The notes under the pieces are model-generated. The model was not told the DNA's origin. It was given only the letters and a program-made list of their open reading frames with translations, and did no database searches. A stretch of DNA of 64,000 nucleotides, taken from IMG/VR virus record IMGVR_UViG_3300000439_000004, positions 64,001-128,000 of that record; one strand, given 5' to 3'. Made by a program: the position numbers and the translations under genes. Positions 29,840 through 39,068 of this stretch are shown here, piece after piece (position 1 is the stretch's first letter; each line of letters begins with the position of its first letter). The DNA is from a virus (lineage: Duplodnaviria; Caudoviricetes).

Positions 29840-30900
29840 TATATTGTTTCTTTATTTATATTTTCAATCCCTTTTTCGATTGCTTCTTTTCTTTTATTTT
29901 TTATTGATCCAAAAATAGATAATATGTTATTTTGTGTCACATGTGTATCATATGGTAATAAAGTATCTTTCATTTTAGTTTTAACTTCGTCAGTTAAATC
30001 AATACCATCTAACCAAGATAATAAGAAAGTACCTAAAATATCTACCAATTTATTGGTATCATCTGTCCACATACCATTTTCTCCTAACCAATCTGGTTCT
30101 GTATCAGGTATCTTACCAATAACAGGAACAGCACTTTTTAATGATTCAAGAGGAAATGTACCAAATGTAGATTCGTTATCCACCCATAATGATACAACAC
30201 ATTCTTTTAGTGCTTCACTAAAGTCTTTATAATTCATTTGAACCATATCTCTGAATGTGATGAATCTAAGTTGTGGATACCTAAGATAAAATTCAGATAT
30301 TAATCTTCTATGGATGACTCTATCTCTACAATTAATCGCTACCAATGGTTTTATTGGTTTTTCTGAAGGTGTGAAATTATCACCAATTATTGGTGGTATA
30401 ATGAACACTAATGCTTCCGGAAAGTTTTGTAAAATATATTTTTTACTTTCTTCTGTTGTAGTAATTACCCTGTCAAATCCAAAATCAATCCATCTACTAC
30501 CAACTGGTAATGTTTCAAAAATATAATTTTTTTGTTGAACTAACATTACTTTACTACATTTAACATTAGTCAGTTGTTGTAAAACATTTGAATAGTATTC
30601 AGGAACGACAATAGTGTCATCAATTTTAATTTCTGGTCTGTCTTCTTTAATAGATACGACTTCTAATTTAGAATAATCGTCACCTAACCAAGGTACGCCA
30701 CCATATGTTTTATCTTCAACAAGGATTTTTGATGGGAATCCATTATTATTTAATGTTAAAGCCATATCATAGATATGTTTAACTGATGCTCTTGGGTTAT
30801 TTTTTGTGTCATATGTTAAAAAATACGTAACACTTTGACCCCCCTCTAATCTACCTATCGCTTCGATTAGTTTTTGTATTTGTTCTTCTTTATTCATCAT
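29839..30900 (-). CDS. Glycosyltransferase-like protein, GT-B fold
   Basis: IVVPE, ESTFGTFPLESLKSAVPVIG (ExFG..PLE motif). Confidence 0.7.
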   Translation of the reverse strand: MMNKEEQIQKLIEAIGRLEGGQSVTYFLTYDTKNNPRASVKHIYDMALTLNNNGFPSKILVEDKTYGGVPWLGDDYSKLEVVSIKEDRPEIKIDDTIVVPEYYSNVLQQLTNVKCSKVMLVQQKNYIFETLPVGSRWIDFGFDRVITTTEESKKYILQNFPEALVFIIPPIIGDNFTPSEKPIKPLVAINCRDRVIHRRLISEFYLRYPQLRFITFRDMVQMNYKDFSEALKECVVSLWVDNESTFGTFPLESLKSAVPVIGKIPDTEPDWLGENGMWTDDTNKLVDILGTFLLSWLDGIDLTDEVKTKMKDTLLPYDTHVTQNNILSIFGSIKNKRKEAIEKGIENINKETI

Positions 30901-31201
30901 CTTCTATATATTCAATTAAAATTTCACTTTTTATTAGACTATTCATCGCAATTTGAAAGGATATGTCTTCGTTTTTAAATCCTTTTAATAATGTGTCGTC
31001 TTCTGATTCTTGAAAGTCATTGATGACTCTATCTAAACACATTTTCACCATTTCATATTTGAAAACGTTGATTTCTAAATCTGAAGGTACTTTTTCTTCA
31101 TCTTTATTATCAGCGTCATCATCATTTATTCTTGTGATTTTGCATTTGTCAATGATTTTGTCGAAGTCAATGTAGTACTGTTTTCTGAAAAATTGATCCA
31201 T
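30890..31201 (-). CDS. Hypothetical protein
   Basis: 103-aa ORF in operon. Confidence 0.6.
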   Translation of the reverse strand: MDQFFRKQYYIDFDKIIDKCKITRINDDDADNKDEEKVPSDLEINVFKYEMVKMCLDRVINDFQESEDDTLLKGFKNEDISFQIAMNSLIKSEILIEYIEDDE

Positions 31202-31815
31202 GTTTCTTTTATTTCTGTTAATTTAGTTATTTCTTCTCCAATTGTAAAGAATTCATTGTATTTAGTATTAAATTTATAGACAAATTTATCAATAGGACAT
31301 TTTTCTATTATTTTTTTATTATCCGTTATCCAATAATGACAATTTTTCCAAGCATCTTCAATTTCATTTGATTTAATAAACTTAATATTATTTGCCATTA
31401 TACCATTTTTAGATAGAAAAAATAATGTTGCTGGTTTTGCTTTACCAAATTCATCCAAACCAATTAAAGTAATATTATGTTCTAAATTTGAGGAAATTAA
31501 TTTATTTAAATCTGTTATCACAGTTGAGTAACTAAGACCTGCATGACCGAAGATTTCTATTGGAAATTCTAAGAATAAAAAATATTCAAATTCTTCTTTT
31601 GATTTAAATTTATAACTATTTAATATATTATCATTTTGAACAGGTAAATTTATTCCATATTCAAAATTACTATCATTTGAATCAATAACTTCTCCAGTTT
31701 CAACATCAAGTTTATCACCGATTTCATCTGAGTTTAAATAATAATCTACGTAGTGGTAGTCGAATTTTTGTATGAGGTTTCTAATAACCCCGTCAATACT
31801 AATATATATTTCCAT
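31126..31815 (-). CDS. HAD-fold 5'-nucleotidase-like protein (degenerate motif I)
   Basis: IYISIDGVIRN, K in AKPAT, ITDN, KYN. Confidence 0.55.
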   Translation of the reverse strand: MEIYISIDGVIRNLIQKFDYHYVDYYLNSDEIGDKLDVETGEVIDSNDSNFEYGINLPVQNDNILNSYKFKSKEEFEYFLFLEFPIEIFGHAGLSYSTVITDLNKLISSNLEHNITLIGLDEFGKAKPATLFFLSKNGIMANNIKFIKSNEIEDAWKNCHYWITDNKKIIEKCPIDKFVYKFNTKYNEFFTIGEEITKLTEIKETWINFSENSTTLTSTKSLTNAKSQE

Positions 31816-31852
31816 GTCGACTAATATAGTATTAGTGTAAATATAAGTAAAT

Positions 31853-31892
31853 AATAAACCAATATCACTATAATAAATGATATGGGTTTATT
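31853..31892 (-). terminator. Hairpin downstream of phoH
   Basis: AATAAACC.ATATCA-loop-TGATAT.GGTTTATT. Confidence 0.5.
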
Positions 31893-31909
31893 GTACAAAA
31901 ATTACTTTA

Positions 31910-33685
31910 TTACTTAGCTAAATGTGCTTTGTATTTTTTATATATCTTCTGTATTAATGGATCTCTTTTTTGGAATGATTCATCTAATTCTTTAATACCG
32001 ATTTCAGGTTCATTACCAAGTATTTCAATTAAATCAAAAATACCAGTATTTCTAATATCAGTTTGGAATGGATCTGCCATTAATATTAATTTTGATGAAG
32101 AACTTTTTCTTGTTATAAAAGATATTTGTTCATGTAAAACCGCACCTTGTATTTCATCTGCAATAATACATGCATTTTCAAAACTAACACCTCTACAAAA
32201 TTGTATTGGTTCAAATATTACAGTTTCTTCTCTGAATAATTTTTCTGTTTCTAACTTACCGATAATTTTTTCCATATTATCAATAAATGAACGTAAATAA
32301 GGTTCTATTTTTTCTTCTGAAGTACCGGGTAAAAATCCCATACTTTTACCAATTTCAACGATTGGTTTTGTTAATACAATTTTCTCAATATTCTTTTTCC
32401 TTAATTCAGTTAAAGCATAATAAAGAGCTATTGTTGTGTTATGTGTAACAATAAAATTATCGGTTAAATATAAATGTGATGGTGAATCAACATAAATACA
32501 TTGACATTCTTTTTCACCAACATACTCAATTTTTTTAATTATTCTTTTAAATTCATTACGTTTATTATTTAGTAAACGTTCTCTTTTTCTTGTTAATGTG
32601 AATAATTTATGATAATCTTCAAAATAAAGATATACATTATAATTTATTGATGTTTTAATAATATCACCATTATTATTTTTATATTTACTTTCTCTATGTT
32701 TTATTTTACCAACACCACCCAATGAAAATATTAAAAATAAAATATCATTAGCTAATTGTAAACTACTTGTACTTATGGATATTCTTTGATTTTTTTCTAC
32801 AGTACCGTCAGTATCCAATAACCCATTTAATAATTTTAAACGATTATCAATATTTGTGAAAATGTATTCTTTTGGAATAAATTTTTCTTTACTACCAACA
32901 TTAATATTTAATCGTCTTATTTCATTTAAAATTTCATTTTTTTGTTTAACCCCATTTATTCGATAATCACAACTTTTCAAATCTTTTTTCTTTAATGAAC
33001 AATTATGTTCTTTTATAATCTCATCAACAGAATTTAATATTTCTTTATCAATTGTAGATAAAATTACGGAATTTTGTGTTAATCCCCCATCACCTAATAA
33101 TACACCTATTAAATAAGGATCTATATTATGGTTATCTTTAAAATACTCCGATTTTGAAAAATCAATAGGTTTGTGTTTTGGTAAATAATAATTATTACTT
33201 AATTTTGAAATAATTTCTTTTGTTGGTAATGTTTCATATTTCAAATAATTGGTATTGATATATTCTTTTCCATTTTTTTTATGGAATTGATTATACAAAT
33301 TTTTCTTTTTTATAACACTCCATAAATGTTCTTCACAACATTCTGTGGTAGAACCATCATTTAATGTTATTTTAACTATCTTTTTAACCCCTTGTGGATA
33401 AATACCTAAAATAGTTGTCTCATCACCATTTTCTGTAATTATTTTATCTCCAACAATTAAATCCCCCATTAATTTATAACCATTAGATGTTACAACATTT
33501 GAATCTAATGGTTGTGCTTTACCACAACCCGGATCGGCAAGTAATAATGTTATTTGATTATTTCTTATAAATTCGACTACTTCTTTTTGATTATCGTCTA
33601 ATGTGATTTGAAACTTTGGGGGTGTTTTAGGAACTCTCTTCTCTTTGTAAACATTGTCTGTATGCGGTTTAGACGCCATATTCAT
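31910..33685 (-). CDS. phoH: PhoH-like ATPase with class 3 intein
   Basis: PGCGK|T Walker A, MGFLPG..EEK, RGVSF, IIADEIQ, DPFQTD. Confidence 0.92.
   Translation of the reverse strand: MNMASKPHTDNVYKEKRVPKTPPKFQITLDDNQKEVVEFIRNNQITLLLADPGCGKAQPLDSNVVTSNGYKLMGDLIVGDKIITENGDETTILGIYPQGVKKIVKITLNDGSTTECCEEHLWSVIKKKNLYNQFHKKNGKEYINTNYLKYETLPTKEIISKLSNNYYLPKHKPIDFSKSEYFKDNHNIDPYLIGVLLGDGGLTQNSVILSTIDKEILNSVDEIIKEHNCSLKKKDLKSCDYRINGVKQKNEILNEIRRLNINVGSKEKFIPKEYIFTNIDNRLKLLNGLLDTDGTVEKNQRISISTSSLQLANDILFLIFSLGGVGKIKHRESKYKNNNGDIIKTSINYNVYLYFEDYHKLFTLTRKRERLLNNKRNEFKRIIKKIEYVGEKECQCIYVDSPSHLYLTDNFIVTHNTTIALYYALTELRKKNIEKIVLTKPIVEIGKSMGFLPGTSEEKIEPYLRSFIDNMEKIIGKLETEKLFREETVIFEPIQFCRGVSFENACIIADEIQGAVLHEQISFITRKSSSSKLILMADPFQTDIRNTGIFDLIEILGNEPEIGIKELDESFQKRDPLIQKIYKKYKAHLAK
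32438..33517 (-). mobile_element. Class 3 intein (Ala1, WCT triad) with LAGLIDADG endonuclease, 360 aa
   Basis: GK|AQPLDS...EEHLW...CQCIYV...IVTHN|TT. Confidence 0.9.
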
Positions 33686-33738
33686 ATCCTTTTTTTATAA
33701 ATATGGCGTTAAACCTGAATACTTTATATATGTATTTT

Positions 33739-34044
33739 TTATTTACCAGAACTACCAAATCCACCTGTACCTCTCTCAGTATCAGAGAGTGTTTCGGATT
33801 CAATAAATTTAATTTGAGGATAAGGTAAAATAATTATTTGTGCTCCTCTTTCACCTAATTCATATTTGTTAAAAAATGGTGCGTTATCAGTAACTATTTT
33901 GAATGTGGCTTTAATTTCACCTCTATAACCACAATTATGTAAACATAAATTATTTCCAAAGAAATTATGATTTTTTTCTACTGTTAAATGATAAATTGGT
34001 TTACTATTAGTTTTTTCAATTTTTTTTATTTTGGTATATTTCAT
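33739..34044 (-). CDS. dut: dUTPase C-terminal part preceded by split-intein C fragment (37 aa, 33934..34044)
   Basis: ...HNFFGNNLCLHN|CGYRGEI...GERGAQ...RGTGGFGSSG. Confidence 0.92.
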   Translation of the reverse strand: MKYTKIKKIEKTNSKPIYHLTVEKNHNFFGNNLCLHNCGYRGEIKATFKIVTDNAPFFNKYELGERGAQIIILPYPQIKFIESETLSDTERGTGGFGSSGK

Positions 34045-34864
34045 TTACTTTATTTTTAATCTTATTTAATGTTATTTTTTTTGTTTTATAATCATTTTCC
34101 CATATTATAATAACTTCATACCCATTATCGGTTAATAATTTAACCCGTTGATTATCATTTTCCCATATTTCTTTAGCGGTTTTTCTAATTTGTTTATGGT
34201 AATAATCGGGATTAAAAAATAATGGATTACAGTGCCAATAATCACCATAACATTCAATTAATATTTTATTATTTATTAAAATATCAGGAAATGTTTTTCT
34301 CATTTTTAAATCTATAAATCCATTTGAATCAACTGTTAAATTTTTAATTTTTAATTTTAAAAATTCAAATATTTCTTTTTCAAATTTAGATGTTCTTTTA
34401 CCAACAAATTTAGACTTACACTCATTTGAACAATAACCTTCATCCTCCCAATTTGAACTAATATATACTTTATCACAAGAATTACATTTTCTTTTTATTC
34501 TACCTGATAAGTGTTTACATTCATTTGAACAAAATTTAGAAACTTTTCGATAATTCCAAGTTTCATATTCTTTACCACAATGATCACATGAAAATTTATT
34601 TTTTTTTAATTTTATAGTATTATTATTTTTCTGTTGATTCTTACTTGCACATGATATTGAACAAAATCTTCTTTTAGTGTAATTTTGAACCTCAACTTCT
34701 TTATCACATTCTTCACATTTAATAATTTTTCTTTTTCTTAATGGATTTAATATTGTTGACATTGAATTGATTCTACATTCATTTGAACAATATTTTGAAT
34801 GATCTCTATTTGTTAAAAATTCTTTATTACATTGTAAGCATATTTTTTCTTGTTTTTCACACAT
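34016..34864 (-). CDS. Free-standing Vsr/DUF559-like homing endonuclease with repeated Cys4 (TRASH-like) fingers
   Basis: Four CxxC...CSxxC repeats; PDI...IECYGDYWHCNP...GYEVIIIWEND. Confidence 0.85.
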   Translation of the reverse strand: MCEKQEKICLQCNKEFLTNRDHSKYCSNECRINSMSTILNPLRKRKIIKCEECDKEVEVQNYTKRRFCSISCASKNQQKNNNTIKLKKNKFSCDHCGKEYETWNYRKVSKFCSNECKHLSGRIKRKCNSCDKVYISSNWEDEGYCSNECKSKFVGKRTSKFEKEIFEFLKLKIKNLTVDSNGFIDLKMRKTFPDILINNKILIECYGDYWHCNPLFFNPDYYHKQIRKTAKEIWENDNQRVKLLTDNGYEVIIIWENDYKTKKITLNKIKNKVNEIYQNKKN

Positions 34865-34920
34865 ATAACCACATTCTATTACAATAAATATCCAATAGAA
34901 TGTAAAAGAATACGATATAT

Positions 34921-35625
34921 TTACATAAATCTTAAGATTTCGTCATTTTCTGTTAAATCAAAAACTTTTTTCCATCCTGATTTAGTAAAAACTTCTTTTT
35001 CATGTGGTAATTCTACAATATCTCCATCTTCTGTGGTAATTCTCAATAAATCTTTATTTTCTACTATCCACATATCTGTAACCATATCAGTTTCTATTGA
35101 ATTTAATTCTTCGTTATATGATAAAATTGGTATTGATATATTTTCAAATAAATCTTCAACATTAATATCCCCATTAATAGTTTTTATTTTTGTTCCAGAT
35201 GGAACACAATCTACAACCCCAACTGCGTTACTTAATAATAAATCATATTCTCTAACAGAAGAACGTGGGAATATCAGTCCAACATATCCTCTAGGTATTT
35301 CCATGGCAATACCAAATCCATAAGTCACATCTCCATCAGTTTGATTAATTATTTCAGTAATTGTTAAATCCATACCAGCATCACCATCTTTTGAATATGA
35401 TGGTATAACTGCATTTGGATGTGTTTTTTTAACTTTAATTTCCATTGCTGATGAATTTGTTACCATAGTTTTTTGTACGTCAGTATTTAACTTTAATAAC
35501 AAATCATCTAATTCACTTATAAAACCTAAATCAATTTCTTCATCATCTGATTTTAATTGACTTTCAAAATTTTGTAACTTACTAATGTAGTCTTTAATCT
35601 CTTCTTTTTCCATGTTCTTTTTCAT
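34921..35625 (-). CDS. dut: dUTPase N-terminal part followed by split-intein N fragment (95 aa, 34924..35208)
   Basis: GDAGMDL, PRSS, NAVGVVD|CVPSGTKI...SGWKKVFDLTENDEIL-stop. Confidence 0.92.
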   Translation of the reverse strand: MKKNMEKEEIKDYISKLQNFESQLKSDDEEIDLGFISELDDLLLKLNTDVQKTMVTNSSAMEIKVKKTHPNAVIPSYSKDGDAGMDLTITEIINQTDGDVTYGFGIAMEIPRGYVGLIFPRSSVREYDLLLSNAVGVVDCVPSGTKIKTINGDINVEDLFENISIPILSYNEELNSIETDMVTDMWIVENKDLLRITTEDGDIVELPHEKEVFTKSGWKKVFDLTENDEILRFM

Positions 35626-36169
35626 CTATTATTGCCAATTCTATTCCTTGTTTAACAATATTTGTTAATGCTTCTGAATAGAATTTAGCTTGTTTATCGG
35701 TTTCGTCTTTATCCAAATTTACGATTGCTTGGAACTCGATTTCCTTCAATTTAACACCATAATTAATTGCATAATATGCAGATCTTTCACCTGTTCTTAA
35801 TGAAACAATATCATCGTTAAATTCATACATTTTACCTAAGTTTTTTCTATGCCATTCACTTGCATTTGGTTTAAATAAAAAGACTTTACCTATTTGTGAA
35901 AGAAATACACACTTAATAATGGATTCTTTATTTTGTCTAATTGTTTCAGGTAATAAATCATTAATTTGGACAGCGTATTTACACGCTTTAATCAAATGAT
36001 TTAATAAACCACCCGGAAAACAACCATACATCTCCAATGTGGGAGATGCTGGTGAAATATAAAATCCATCACCTAAAAAATCTAATAATTCTGGTGTGAA
36101 AATTTCATATTTATTATTTGTTTCAATAAACTTTTGTTTATTTGCATCTAATTGTTGTGTTGTTAACAT
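35594..36169 (-). CDS. HD-domain-like protein (degenerate HD motif)
   Basis: PAS...PGGLLNH...LSQIGK where HDxGK is expected. Confidence 0.55.
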   Translation of the reverse strand: MLTTQQLDANKQKFIETNNKYEIFTPELLDFLGDGFYISPASPTLEMYGCFPGGLLNHLIKACKYAVQINDLLPETIRQNKESIIKCVFLSQIGKVFLFKPNASEWHRKNLGKMYEFNDDIVSLRTGERSAYYAINYGVKLKEIEFQAIVNLDKDETDKQAKFYSEALTNIVKQGIELAIIDEKEHGKRRD

Positions 36170-36176
36170 AATTTTT

Positions 36177-36365
36177 TTATTTAATATAATCCCGATTTTC
36201 TTTTTTTGCTAAACTTAATTTTAGTTGTAGATGGTCAATTAATTTTTTGTAATTAATTCTGTCAGAATCACTCATTTTTTTAGTATCTAACTCAAATTTT
36301 CTTTTAGCAATTAAACCTTCAAGTAATTCAATAAAAGTTATTACTTTAAATTTTTTTATACCCAT
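36177..36365 (-). CDS. Hypothetical protein
   Basis: 62-aa ORF in operon. Confidence 0.5.
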   Translation of the reverse strand: MGIKKFKVITFIELLEGLIAKRKFELDTKKMSDSDRINYKKLIDHLQLKLSLAKKENRDYIK

Positions 36366-36368
36366 TAA

Positions 36369-36602
36369 TTAACCTTTATAAAATTCGGGAGTATTTTTTT
36401 TGTCAATAACACATTCAATTGGTAGTTTAACAATTGATAGAGTTTCGCTTGCTCTGATATCACCTTCTCTGTATTTTGCGGCAACTAACATTGCTTCCTC
36501 AGCAGATTCTGCTTCTAAAGCGTACTTTAATTTTTGAAGACGGTTATTTCCGTTTCTGTCTACTTGTTCGGTTTCATAACCGATTGTAACTAAATAATGC
36601 AT
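36369..36602 (-). CDS. Hypothetical protein
   Basis: 77-aa ORF downstream of a consensus host-type promoter. Confidence 0.7.
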   Translation of the reverse strand: MHYLVTIGYETEQVDRNGNNRLQKLKYALEAESAEEAMLVAAKYREGDIRASETLSIVKLPIECVIDKKNTPEFYKG

Positions 36603-36621
36603 ATTTTATAATTTTAATAAA

Positions 36622-36654
36622 TCAAATATAATCAATATTTTTTGATTTACCAAA
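36622..36654 (-). promoter_or_regulatory. Bacteroidota-type sigma70 promoter
   Basis: Minus strand TTTG, ~20-nt spacer, TATATTTG. Confidence 0.65.
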
Positions 36655-39018
36655 TTATTGGGTGATAGTTTTAAAAAACTCCACTCTATCTTTACATACA
36701 TTCCTCAATGCAAATTTATCTTTAACAGTTTCATAAAGACGATTACCAAGATCTTCAATCATATTGGGATTATCCACTAAACGTTTCATATGTTTACCCC
36801 AATCTTTATGGTTTCTATTAGGGTCTACTAATAGAGCATTACCTTTATCATTAAATTTACCACTATCTACCGCAGATATTAAATCCAAATTATATGGTTT
36901 AACATTACTAGCAATTAACGCCTTTTTATGGAAACCTGCTTCAATAACCTTTAATTGTGATTTATTTGCATTAAAATGAGACTCTGCTAATGGTGCTAAA
37001 GAAATATCAAAATAGTTATAATTTATGGCATATTTTGCAACATCCAATGTCCATCTTCTTCTATATGTTTCATTATCATCTTTATATTCAGGGGATGGTG
37101 TAAATGATTTAAGATAAGTTTCGTATGTAGGATTAGTTACTCGATAATTATCGGTAAATATTTGTTCATACTTATACCAAACTGTTTCTTCTGGTTTTAT
37201 TGGTCTTTGTGTTACTTGTTTTGTGTCTGGATTAAATTCACTAACAGTACCTCTAGTATCAAATCCACATAGTACAAATTGAGTATTTTCAGGTTTTTCA
37301 TGTTGGATACTTGAAATACCATTTCTAAGTAATTCTAGGTCATGTAAGTGACTATTACCTATCCAAAATGGTTTACCATTTCTTCTAACATAAATAATGT
37401 GATTAGTAACCTCAACACAATAAACAAATCCATTGTAGTATCTTTGATATTGTTCATTACTTTTTACTAATGGTGTTGATTTATTATGTTTACTAATATT
37501 TGGATTTTTTGAAAAATTAATTTGATAACTATCAAATTGATTTATAATTTGTCTACCTTTAATATATGATGTTCTTTTACCTCTATTTTTAATCGTACTT
37601 GGTAAACCAATTTTTAATGATATTTCTTGTAAATCGTCAATTAATGATTTAGAACTACTCCACGCTCTTTTTCTTTTATAAATATTATTTTCAATATTAC
37701 CATCACCATTTATAAACCATTCTAAAAATATATTTAATTGTCTACTAGATAATTCTTTTAAATCTTTTGGAATAAATTTATCATTTGCATAACCAAATTG
37801 TGAAAGATAATACCATAATTGTTTATCAAATATACGAATTTGTTTTTTATCTTTACTATATATTGGTTTAAATCCCATTTTTTCCAATAAATTAAACATC
37901 GTTTCAAGATAATTATTATCTTTAATTTGTGCAATACCAACCTGGTGTAAACCTTTAGTTTTACTTGTCCAACCTTCTGCCATCCAAAAACCAAAAAATT
38001 TTAACCAATCATCCATTTCAAATTCTTTTTCATTTCCATATTTATTAAATAAACGTGTTGTTTTAATAAATTTTTTAGATATGATATTATCTATTTCAGA
38101 TGTTTCCAATTCTAATTCTTCATAAAATTCAATGCTAGGTAATGTAAAAAATTCTTTTTCAATACCATTCCATATAGCATCTCTTTTAACGTGGAAATTT
38201 TTTCCATGTATTTTTTCCGATTGTACTAACCCCAAATTTAATTTTTTATGACCCAAATGTTTTATTTCAGACGCATACATATTATGATTTGGTGTTACTT
38301 CGTACTCAATTAATTTATTTTTACCACAATTTAAATTACCTTTAAATGGTTCACAAATATATCCAGATGGTTTATGATATTCAATTTCATTTGTATTTGG
38401 ATTTAATGTTGCAACTTTTTCAGTTTTATCTAATTGATCAAATCTTATCCAACCATTATCTGTTAATATTTCTGTATCAGGTGTCATACAACTTCCCCCT
38501 AACCATCCGAATCTAATTTTATCAGATTTAAATGGTTTTGGTTGGAATTGTGGTTCTTCATCATTAACCGCATTTGGAAATATTGTTGTATTTTTTAACC
38601 CTAATTTTTCTTTAATTGTATTTGCAAATATAGTTGTTGTTGTGGTAATATGGTCAACCAATCTTAACATCTCAATTTTTTTCTCACCAATTTTATGTTC
38701 TTTAACTTGGTGGTACATTGGGTGTCTCATATCAACAAACCAAAGGTCATCAATATCCATTACTGTTTTAATTCCCTTTTCTTTTAACCATTTAATACGA
38801 GCAATATTTGCTTCATGGGTTGTAGGTACAACAAAACTATGGAAAACAACTACATTATAATCTTTGAAGAAATCATCATTATCTTCAGGATTAAAAGAAA
38901 TATCTACATGTATTTCATCTGAGTAGTTATCACCAATATATCTAAATGGATCTAAAATTCTAAATTTACCTACACCGAATTTATCTGATGGGATTGCTAA
39001 TATCTTTATTTTTGACAT
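36655..39018 (-). CDS. GT-B glycosyltransferase with intein
   Basis: DIDDLW, PNAV, GWLGGS|SHLHDL, DISLAPL..SHFNANKSQLKVIEAG. Confidence 0.85.
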   Translation of the reverse strand: MSKIKILAIPSDKFGVGKFRILDPFRYIGDNYSDEIHVDISFNPEDNDDFFKDYNVVVFHSFVVPTTHEANIARIKWLKEKGIKTVMDIDDLWFVDMRHPMYHQVKEHKIGEKKIEMLRLVDHITTTTTIFANTIKEKLGLKNTTIFPNAVNDEEPQFQPKPFKSDKIRFGWLGGSCMTPDTEILTDNGWIRFDQLDKTEKVATLNPNTNEIEYHKPSGYICEPFKGNLNCGKNKLIEYEVTPNHNMYASEIKHLGHKKLNLGLVQSEKIHGKNFHVKRDAIWNGIEKEFFTLPSIEFYEELELETSEIDNIISKKFIKTTRLFNKYGNEKEFEMDDWLKFFGFWMAEGWTSKTKGLHQVGIAQIKDNNYLETMFNLLEKMGFKPIYSKDKKQIRIFDKQLWYYLSQFGYANDKFIPKDLKELSSRQLNIFLEWFINGDGNIENNIYKRKRAWSSSKSLIDDLQEISLKIGLPSTIKNRGKRTSYIKGRQIINQFDSYQINFSKNPNISKHNKSTPLVKSNEQYQRYYNGFVYCVEVTNHIIYVRRNGKPFWIGNSHLHDLELLRNGISSIQHEKPENTQFVLCGFDTRGTVSEFNPDTKQVTQRPIKPEETVWYKYEQIFTDNYRVTNPTYETYLKSFTPSPEYKDDNETYRRRWTLDVAKYAINYNYFDISLAPLAESHFNANKSQLKVIEAGFHKKALIASNVKPYNLDLISAVDSGKFNDKGNALLVDPNRNHKDWGKHMKRLVDNPNMIEDLGNRLYETVKDKFALRNVCKDRVEFFKTITQ
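37354..38490 (-). mobile_element. Intein with LAGLIDADG endonuclease in glycosyltransferase (379 aa, ends Gly-Asn)
   Basis: GGS|CMTPDT...VTPNH...FGFWMAEG...NGDG...FWIGN|SH. Confidence 0.9.
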
Positions 39019-39068
39019 AAAATTTGTTTATACGTCAATAATAATATATATAATCCAAAAAGAAAAGG

